Source of the DNA: Octopus sinensis
Taxonomy: Eukaryota
Length of the DNA: 64,000 nucleotides
Reading direction: 5' to 3'
Assembly (NCBI RefSeq): GCF_006345805.1
Contig: NC_043016.1
Location: 15,128,001 to 15,192,000 of the forward strand
In this document: positions 26,301 through 37,600 of the stretch, in pieces
Numbering within the stretch: the first letter of the stretch is position 1
Layout: every line of letters starts with the position of its first letter
Notes under the pieces: generated by a model
The model's database searches: none
What the model saw: only the letters and a program-made list of their open reading frames with translations
What the model was told of the DNA's origin: nothing
Position numbers and translations under genes: made by a program

Positions 26301-28641
26301 AATAAATTAGTATCAAATTAGTATCAGAACTGATTTCAAAAATAGAAAACGTAAAAAGCAACATGTAAAACGATATAATTCAATTTTGAAATTACTTCAT
26401 GTTATCAAAACCAAATCATTTCTGGAGAAATTCATAGCCGTGAATCATGGATTATGGCAAATTAAGGGTAGATTGAATAAAAATTGCTTTGTAAAGTGGA
26501 AAAATTGTCTGCTCCATGGAAGGTTTCTATATGGTCGTTTGATAAGGTAAAAATAAGAATCAAGTCCCATTCAAATTATACCCTTTCTTTAAAATGAACA
26601 TATTTAATAATGAGGTCCTATATACACAATGCCTTAAAAAAAAATAACAGGCAAAGATGGTCATAAGAAAATCTGATCATAGTCTGCTTGGTCAGAACTG
26701 ACCTGGGCTAAACAACAGCAACAACAACAACAATACATGCTAACACAATATTTTAATGTTCATTTTTTCAAAACTTTGCATGACAAACACTGACAAGAAT
26801 TTTAAGAGTAGAATGGTCAGTTAGTTCAATACTTGTGCCATGTTAATGACTGGAGTGTGTACCAAAGCCAGACTAAAACTACTTAACCATAGAAATGTAA
26901 CTTTTCTTTGACTATATCTCTCACTCAGCCAACACAACCACTTCTCCTCCACCCTTCATAACCCTAAAACCCCATTCTAAACACATTACTCAATTATTTG
27001 CCCTCAAAACTGTAACTCTCTGGAATTTCTCCCTACCAATATTTTATGTAAAAGTGCCTGTGTGGTGCCACATAAAAAACACCCGTGTGACACTGTATAA
27101 AAGCGCCCAGTACTCTGTAAAGTGGTTGGCATTAGGAGGTGGGCAGCATCCAGCTGTAGAAACCATGCCATATCAGACTAGAGCCTGGTGCAGTTGCCCA
27201 GCTTGCCAACTCTAGTCAAACTGTCCAACCCATGCCAGCATGGACAATGGATGTTAAATGATGATGATCCATCATACCACAAAGGTGACGGATACTGACA
27301 TTGCTCTTCCATTGGGAAAAAAAACAAAACACAAAAAAGATTTTAGCAGATCTAAATTCTGGCAACTGGTACTCAGTCAGTTACGACGATGAGGATTCCA
27401 GTTGATCCAATCAATGGAAGAGCTTGCTTGTGAAATTAACGTGCAAGTGGCTGAGCGCTCCACATACACGCGTACCTTTAACGTAGTTCACTGGAAACTT
27501 CAGCATGATACAGAATGTGACGAGGCCAGTCCATTTTGAGATACAGATGCTACTCATTTTTGTCAGCTGAGTGAACTGGAACAATGCGAAATAAAGTATC
27601 TTGCTCAAAGACACAACGCGTTGTTGGGAATTGAACTCATGACCTTACGATCATGAGCCAAATGTCCTAAACACTGAGCAAAGCATCTTCACAGACCTAA
27701 ACAGAATTATTATAATAAATCTAATTATTATGGTGAGCATTGACATGTAAACAGTTCCTTCTTGTGAATCTATTTAGCACATGGTATACACTATTTAACT
27801 AGTTCATATCTAAATAGAACCAGTTAAATAGTATATGCCATGTGCTAAATAGATTTGCAAGAAGGGACTGTTTACATGTCAATGCTCACCATAACAATTA
27901 CAAATGATTTTTTAAAAGATTCATTTATTAAAAGACAGCATCGCAAATAATGTATAATCTGATATTCAAATGCTAATGTTCACACACTATTATTGTCAGT
28001 GAATACAATATTTGTTCTGATGACATAATATTAGAAACATGGAAGGTAACAAACTGGCAGAACTGTTAGCATGCAGGGCAAAACACGTAGAAGCATTTCA
28101 CCTGTCTTTACGTTCATCATCATTTAAAGTCCACCTTGCATGTAGGCATGGATAGGGCAGTTGACAGGAGCAGGCCAGGTAGAAAACTACTCCAGGCTAC
28201 TGTGACTGTTTTGCCAGGGATTTTATGGCTGGATGCTCTTCCTAACACCAACCACTCTGCAGAGTGGACTCAGTGCTTTTTATGTGGTACCAGCACAGGT
28301 AAAATTGTTTTGGCATGGTTTTTACAACTGGATGCTCTTCCAGATGCCAACCTATTTACAGTGTGGACTGGATGCATTTTAAGTGGCACCAGCACTGACA
28401 GGGTCACCATGTAACCTGCAAGACAAGGAATTATGAGAGGTAAGGGAGCATTGGAGGAGTGGAACTTGTGTTAAATGACGAAAGGTTAGAGTGTGATATA
28501 GAGAGAGAAGCAGGTGTTTTGCTATAGAGGAAGGGGCATTGGAGGAGGTGATTCTGGGTCAGATGAAAGGTTAGAGTGTGATAGAGAAACACTCTAACAG
28601 AGTGGTGTCTTACTATAGAGGCAGCTGATGGTTGCTCAGCC

Positions 28642-28687
<46 letters not shown>

Positions 28688-31600
28688 CAAATTCTGCTGA
28701 GGTCCACTTTGCCTTTCATCCTTTCAGGGTCGACAGAATAAGCACCAGCTGGGTACTGGCGATTGATCTAACAACTTAACCCCTCCCGGTATTACTGGCT
28801 TTGTGCCAAAGTTTCAAACCAGTATTAGGAACATTTCACAAGCCTAGATTGTAAAGAATCAAATGCTATGCAATCATGGTCCATTCTTTATTTGATGACA
28901 CTCTTCCGTGCTGAATCTTTTGACTGAAGTTTCATTTATTATTCACATCATGAGAAAACTCATTAAGCCACAACAGTTAAAGAATTGTTAAACAGGTTTC
29001 ACTATATTCATACATATGTACAAAATAACTAGAGTTAAGTAAAAGGTATTTTAGTAATTCAAGTGAGACAATAAATCAAGTGACAAGTTCCTTATGAACA
29101 CTATGCAATATATAAGGACTTCACACGATTAAAAATTATTTATTTAAAAAAAAAATAGAGTAAGAGAATAAAAATTTAATTCTTTCTGGATCTGCCCAAC
29201 TATTTCACTATGAGATATGTAATACTGGTGAATGATCTTACTATGAGATTATTCTTCCTTGTGCTAACCACTGATGTTGTCTATCATTGATAACACCCAG
29301 TAACAAAACAACTACAGAACATACCATTTGTACCTTGTTGTTCAAGCATTCTTAGGTTACACATCCAATGGAGCATGCTGAAAATGATTCTAGTCTTCTC
29401 ATGTTTTTTACATGGTTCATGTCTCATTAACATGTAGCATAGCTGTTTGTACACAAGCATCATACAATCTACCTTTCACTTTTGAGAGAGAGAAATCTTT
29501 TGTTATATCAACAGACGTCACAGTTCTCTAAATTTTCTCCAGCCAGTCCTTATTCTAGCAACTATATTTTGAGAACATCTTCCTCCACTGCTAATTAGGT
29601 AACAGAAACTATCTACTACTTTCAGAAATCCTGGCCATTAGAGAAAGTCTATTTCTTGTGTTCTTCATGTTTATTGCTCCTCAGTATCTGCCAGTCAACT
29701 TTCTCTTTTAACCTGTCAGTGATAACACTGCACCTGTTGTGTGTCCATATTTTGCATTGGGTATATTATATGGAATTTCTACCTATATCTTTTCTATATA
29801 ATGAGCAGGATCATTTTCCTGCATGCTGTAACTTTGGTCTTTTTTAATAAACTTTAAGGCTCTTTGATTCCAGGTTTTGCTTCCACACCTGAAATTTCAT
29901 TTCTAATTCTACAATTGCTTCAATTAGAAGAACATGATCATCAGCATACAGCAGTTCTCACAGTTAACTGGTCTTGAATTCCTGTTATAGTCTGAAGGAC
30001 TATGATGAACAGGAGGGGGTGGCTAAGAACTAGTCCTGGTGAACACCTACCTTTCTGTTAAATTTGTCACTGTACTTATTAACCCTCAACTTGCTAACAG
30101 CACCTCTGTACATGGCCTGTATGGCTCTCACAAACCATTTGTCTCCCCTAATTACTACAGTAACCACAGTGCAAATGTTCCTGTCAAAGACAGTGACTTT
30201 TAACCAAGTGCTTCAGTAGTTGCCTTACAAGAACGACAACATCAAATAGTAGCACTTCTTGACATAAAACCAAACTGAATCTCATCAAGGTTAATCCCCT
30301 TCCTAATTAATTTAATGAAACTTTCATAACTGGTTCAGCAATTTAATACCTTTGTAATTACTTCTCTTTAAGACATTCCCTTTACTCTTGTAAATAGTTT
30401 ACAATAATTCTGTTACACCACTCATGGGGTATAACAACTTCATGTGCAACCTGCCTAACTAGGCAGGTAACTAGGCTGTATCCTCCAACACCAAAAATTT
30501 TAAGCATCTTACAGTAATTTCTGATGGCCCTGGGACTTTCTTGCCTTCATCCCTTTAACTGCCCTATCGTGCTGCCATCAACTAAAATGGCTGATCCTAC
30601 TGTTGGGTTCACTTTGGGAAGACATTTCTCCTATGCATTCTTCACATTTAATAGCTTCTTGTAATAGCACTTCATGACTTATGTGTGCATGTGTGTGTGT
30701 GCATGCTTGTACTTGCATCTTTGCATCTCATTACTAGGTTATTGGTGCTGGTTTAATTGTCCATAACATGACGATATATCCAAGAAAGCCTGATAGAACA
30801 ATTACAAAACTTAGAATAAATATGCTTCAAGATGGTACCCCAACATGGCTACAGTCCACTGACTGAAGTAAAGAATAAAAGAATATATGCTAGATTTATA
30901 TGAAGAAATTTACAGACATTCAATCTCCTAATTTTAGCAATAACTGCTTTATCATTAGGTCCAACGGGTCACCTAATTTAGGAGCAGACATCTAATACTT
31001 TCCCAACAAAACAACAAAACTGTAGCTCTACAACACAAAATCAGAAAACTATAACATCACAACAGTGAAGCAACAATTATTATTGTCTCTCAGAAAAGGC
31101 TGTAATGAGGAAAATCAAGGCATTAACACTGCTTTCCCACAATCATAGCATAAATTGTTCAACTTGCAGCAGTTAATAACAACTAGAAAACACTTTGTTG
31201 CTTACCAGACTTATGCACCGGTCTTATCTGTTCATCTGTTTTCCGTTTCTTTTTTGGTGGTGGTGGGTCAGGGATATCTGTGTGTGGATGATCCACCCAA
31301 AATATATCATTCAACCAATCGAACATTGGATCTTCCGACTGCAATAAAGTATCGTATGTTCGTCGGAGAAAGCTTATGTCTTCTAAGTCAATTCCTTTAT
31401 TATATATGTCAAAGAAAATTTGCTTTTCTTCCTCATAGGTCCGAGGCTGGAATTGAACTTTTGGTTTAACTACCGTGTCCATAATATCACCTTCTCTTTC
31501 GTTTACCGATTTATTTGTGATATCACTCAACATTGAATCCTTGGTACGTTTCTTTTTCTTTTTGGGTTTTAATCTATCATCATCTAATGCCATCTGACCT

Positions 31601-34600
31601 TTTGGCATGGCGACGCCAACTGCTGATGCAGCAGCAAAATGGTCACCAACTGCCCACGATGGTCGCATTTGTACTTCTGATGTAGACTCATCCGTTAATT
31701 TATAGTCTTTAAAAGCAGCCTCAGATAAAGCTGAGCTGCCTGTTTCCAACGATTTACTCTCATCGTGAATACTTCCAATTGCATGAGGTAAGCAGTAATT
31801 GTGATCAATAAATATCTCCACTGGTGGATTATCCTCATCACATGATTCAGTACGGTCTGAATCATCTGAATCATCAACACTATGACTGGTATCTTCATCT
31901 AATTTCAAGTTCAATGATGGTGAAACTCCTTGTGGCCCAGCAGCAACATAATCGTGTTCAGCAATTGCAGGAACAACGTATGCTTTTGACCGATCTGCTT
32001 TACAGACATCTTCATCGACTGTAGTAGTCATTTCTGATGAAATATCAGCAACTGGTACATCCTGTTCATTCGTCACAGTGGAATTTCTATCTTCATCTGT
32101 TTCATCCCAAACTTTACACGGTTTCTTTGCAAAAGTATTTAAATTCACACCATCTATTTTGTCTGACGTAACATCAGCTAATTCTGCACCACTAGCCAAC
32201 ACTTTTGGTGTTATCACACAATGCTCTGAATCTACTAATGAAATCTGTTCATCCACTTTGTTTTCATTATCAATACAAATTTCAGATTTTTCAATATTTT
32301 TTGTTTCTATCTGGTCCTTTACCAAGTCATTTGTAATAACGTTTTGACATTCATTCATTTCTAATTCATTAACAAGTATATTTTGTTTTGTTTCTTCTTT
32401 GACTGGAGATGATGGAAGTTTAAGACACACAGATAATTCTGGTTTTGAATTATTTGACACTTTGGTTTCAGTTTCCCTGCAATAATATCAAAAACAATGT
32501 ATGAATTTTAAAACATAAAGCAAAGTAAAGAAATAGAAATAATAATGCAACACAAAAGTGGTGTCTGTTGCACACCCAAGAACATGAATGCAGATATACA
32601 CAAATATAAAGATAATAGAAATATTTGTCCAGACAAATCACAAGAATATCTGTAAACAAGCCATCACAGAAGCAGTTCGAAAAAAAAAACACAAGTGCAA
32701 CAATTCCAAAGCTTCACCAAATAGCAGTCAAATATAAAATTTATAGAGTTCAACTTTGCTCTGTAGTTATCTCAGCTTTGCTTTCTAGACTGGATACATT
32801 ACCTTAAATCAAAGATATTCACCTGAAATACGGTAAAAAAAAAAATCAAGATCCCTAGTACATTATTTACATTTGACGAATATTTATCCTCATCTTCTTT
32901 GTTGTTAACACAACGTTTCGGCTGATATAACCTCCAGCCTTGATCAGGTGTCTTCGGGAAATTTCCAACCTGGGTTCTTATTCCTAAGGTATTTTTCGAT
33001 GTTGTTATTATTATTCAGGTAACTTCCCGGCATTGAACTCAGAATCTTGGGGTTAGTAGCCAGCGATCTTAACCACTATGCCATATGCCCGTTGAAAAAT
33101 ACCTTAGGAACGAGACCCCAAGTTTGAAATTTTCCCAAGACACCTGATGAAGTTTTACTTTTTCCAGTACCTTTCTCACATTCCACCTTAGTTCATCTCC
33201 CTAAGCTTTTGGTATCATTACAGCTATCAGTCCAATAGGGGCTATTATGTCCAAGTATAGAATGTGCTTGATGCTTGTCGCAAAGTTGAGACCTTTGTTT
33301 TGTACTGCTTCTTCAGAGCTTTCCAGATGGGTGATGGACTTCAGTCTTCAATCCTCTGAACTTTGAGTTTCAGAAACTTCCTAACCTGGCGTGTCATCAC
33401 CATTTCAAATTCTTTCGTGTATGACTTTTCTAGATTTTGTTCATCTCTGGTTATTTTCCTAAGCAATGAAGATAACCTCTCTCTGATTTCGTTATTTAGC
33501 TGATGTTTTTTTCAAAGGTTCTAATGGATCCTCTCATGGACGAGGGCATATCCTGCCCTTTCTGCTACTCTTCTACCTTTATATGAACCCACTGGTGTCA
33601 TTATATTCAGGCCAGGTGGTATTAGCTTTGAGTCCCTACATCTACACAGGAAAGTTAGATGGTTTGAAAGACGAGCTAGTTTTTGAGGGAATTTCTCTAT
33701 ATGTCTCCATTGAAGTCTAATGTCAGCTCCATACTGATTACATAATACAGAACTGTATTTAAGAGAAGAGGAATTATGTACATTATTTACATTTGATGGA
33801 TATTTGTCCTCACTATACCCTCCAGCATTCATCCAGTGTATTGGGGAAATTTCGAACCTGGGTTCTCATTCCTAAAGTATTTTTCAATGTTATTATTATT
33901 ATTGTTAAGGTCACTGCCTGGAATTGAACTTGGAATCTTGGGGTTAGTAGCCTGCACTCTGAACCACGACACCATATTATGGAGTGAATTTTTAGGGCTT
34001 ATAAATTTAATATTCTCCTATCCTTCCTTAATACCAGTTCCCATATGCTGCTCATATCTGCATCTCAGTCTGCTTAGGAGGTTGTTGTGTCCTAGAGTAT
34101 CCGCTGCTTCTTTTAGTTTTCGTATTTTCCAGTAGTGTTCTCTGTCTATTATTTTAACTTCATCCCACAGGGGGAGGTGGTCTCCATTTTTCCATACACG
34201 ATCAGCTATACCCGATTTATCAATATCTCCTCATGTCACAGCTTTGTGATGTTCTATTTCTTTACTACCCAGAAGGGGCTAAACACAGAGAGGACAAACA
34301 AACGGATTAAGTCAATTATATTGACCCCAGTGCGTAACTGGTACTTATTTAATCGACCCCGAAAGGATGAAAGGCAAAGTCGACCTCGGCGGAATTTGAA
34401 CTCAGCTTTGCGATGTTCGTCTACCCTTATTTTGAGGGGGCGACATGTTTTGCCTTTGTATAACCTACCACAGCTGCATGGGATGAAGGACATGCAGTCT
34501 TTGGTCATATTCTCTTCTATTGGTGGTTTTACTCAAAGGAGATATTTGCAAAGTGTTGTATTACTCTCGAATACTGTCCTGGTGTCATATGGGTCGCACA

Positions 34601-37600
34601 TCTTTTATATCTTTTCGCAGAGCCCTTTCACATAGGGTAGACAGACTGTAGGCAGTTTATTGGTTTCATCCTCTCTTTCCTTCATAATTGGAGTGGATGG
34701 TATGTTTTTGGGGTAGTTGCTGCTTAACAGATTGTTACTGAGCTTGATCATTTCTTCGTGGTGGGTATCATGATCGCTACTTATATTCTTTGCACAATGT
34801 TTTAGGCACTGAAGCAATCCCTCTCAGCGCAACCGGCCGTTGCCAGCGCCGCCTCGACTGGCTTCTGTGCCGGTGGCACATAAAAAGCACCATCCGAACG
34901 TGGCCGATGCCAGTGCCCCCTTGGCTGGCTTCCGTGCCGGTGGCACGTTAAAAGCAACCAACCAATCGTGGCCGATGCCAGACCCCCCCCCCCCCGGTAC
35001 CTGTGCAGGTGGCACGTAAAAAGCACCCACTACACTCGCGGAGTGGTTGGCGTTAGGAAGAGCATCCAGCTGTAGAAACACTGCCAGATCAGACTGGAGC
35101 CTGGTGCAGCCCTGGCTTCCCAGACTCCGGTCGAACCGTCCAACCCGTGCTAGCGCGGAAAATGGACATTAAACGATGATAATGATGATGATGGTGGGAG
35201 TGATGGTCAGCTTGCGGTATACGGATGTCCTGAATCCATATTTGGTGCGTGTTATCAATATGTCCAGGAATGCCAGCTGATTGTCTTTTTCCTTTTCCAT
35301 TGTGAACTGTATGGGTGACTTTATTGAGTTCACATGTTCTAACAGCACTTGGACACCTTCTTGGTGGGGCCAGAGAATAAAGGTGTCATCAACATGTCGC
35401 AGCCATAAGGTTGGTTTTTAGTGGTGTTGATCCTAAAGCCAAATTCTCAAAGTATTCCATGGTTGGCGTTAGGAAGGGCATCCAGCTGTAGAAACACTGC
35501 CAGATCAGACTGGGCCTGATGCAGCCTTCTGGCTTTACAGACCCCAGTTGAACCGTCCAACCCATGCTAGCATGGAAAGCGGACGCTAAATGATGATGAT
35601 GATGATGATGATGATATTGGTTATTATCAGTGATAATAGCGAACCCATAGCCCAACCCTCCTCTTGTCGATATATATCAGTATCCATACTGAAATGGGTA
35701 GTTTCTACACAGAAGGTCAACATTTCCATCAAGTTTCTTATTGTAGTTTGTGGCAATAAAGTAATTTACAGACCATATTCTGCCAACTATGAACACCAAG
35801 ATTTACTATGTTCTCTATAGTTTTCCCTCCAGACTTTAAGGATATACTTGCAATAACTTCTAACCTCATACCCCTTTGTAGTCGATGCAAAAATTATTAT
35901 TCTTGCCTCAGGAAAAAAACCATAACTAGTCTTTATTTACTAAAACTTTGCTTCCAACTCAGCAACACTTCAAATTCCACAACATGTGCTAATCATCAGA
36001 GAAAATGGTCTAAAAAACAAACTAAAAAACATAATTATGTAATTCATATTAAAAAAAAGTCTTACTGTAAGTTTATTATTAATCACCCATGCTAGCATGG
36101 AAAACGGACGCTAAACGATGATGATGATGATGATGATGATGATGAATTGGACATTTTGAAGAGTTTTTATCTTGTATTTTAACATGATTTAACCCCTTAG
36201 CGTTTAAGCTAGTCATATCCAGCCAAAACATTCTGTTTTAATGTTCAAACTGGCCAGATCTGGCTTCTCGTTATCTATGCTACAATGCCTTTCTAAAAAT
36301 AAGTATCATTGAAACCTCAAAGCTATGAGATAAACAAAATGAATAAATAAGCATTACATTTGACAGAATAATCTGAAATCTAAAGGATTAAACATCAATT
36401 CAGTTCCTATGGATAATAAGGTGGATTACTAATTTGGATTACTAAAACACTGGTTTCATGCTTGGGTGAATATCAACTTACCAGAATCCTTCTTTTAAAG
36501 ATTCCTTTGAGACGTTTCCGTCTGAATATTGTTCCACAACAGCTGTATTTCTCAGCATGTCATCTTGGTCATTAGAAGGTAATGGTGGGAAATCAGGTGC
36601 TGCTCCACATAAGACTTGACTAAAATGTGAACAAATAATTAGGTCTAGTTGAAATTTGATATATGGAAATCACATATGGGAATCACCTTACTCCTCTCCA
36701 TACTGGTACTTCCCTTCAACTGCACTTCCATCCATGTTCATCACTCACTATATTCACCTCTACCTCTGATCTTTAACCATCCGTTATTCCTCCTCACCTT
36801 TTTTATGAGAATATCCACTTCCCATGACCCACTGTCAGTATCCTTTCTTATGCCCATCCTTGACAGTTTTCTCCAGCACCCCAATACTTCCTTTTATATC
36901 CTTCAGCCACATATCTCCTCTATAGCAAGACATCTGTGCTTGTCCCTCTATCTTAAGATCACCTTCTTGTACCTCGATGCTCCATCACTACCTATCTTTT
37001 ACCCCCTTCAGCCATGTATCTCTTCTATCTTGCTTTAGCCTTTCAACACTTGGTATAAAACTACCTTTTCTCCTCTCAAATATTTCCCACTAAAGTAATG
37101 AAAGCTTTTGCCCTTTTCCATTTTCTTGTTCTTTTTCTGTCTTGCGAGTTATGTGGCGACCTCACTAGATCCAATTTTCATTATCAATTAAGGCACCCAG
37201 TACACACTGTATAGTATGGGCATCCAGCCATAGAAACCACTGGAGCCTGACAATGACTTGCAACTTGCTGGATTCTGTCAAACCATCCAACCCATGCCAG
37301 CATGGAAAGCTGACATATGATAATGATGATGATGATGATGATGAATACTTGAGCATGAAAAATGTACCCATAGAGATCTTTTATTGCTGTAAATTATTTA
37401 AAGAATTGGAACTTTATTAATAACATATAACCAAACATTTTGTCAAAAATGTTGAAAGTAAACCATGTTGAGCATGAGAAATGACACTAGTATATGAAGT
37501 TTCAAACTGTTTAGTTAGAAAAAAATAATTTAAAAAATCTGAGTGAAACTTTATACTTCTAAAATACACAAAATATTAAAATTTTCTTTTAATAAAATTC

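Noticed and set aside
33017-33090. tRNA-Ser(ACT)-like gene
   Set aside because: A/B boxes and an anticodon-like arm are present but there is no acceptor stem; it is a repeat head. The same applies to the SINE heads at 5040, 44003 and 47190.
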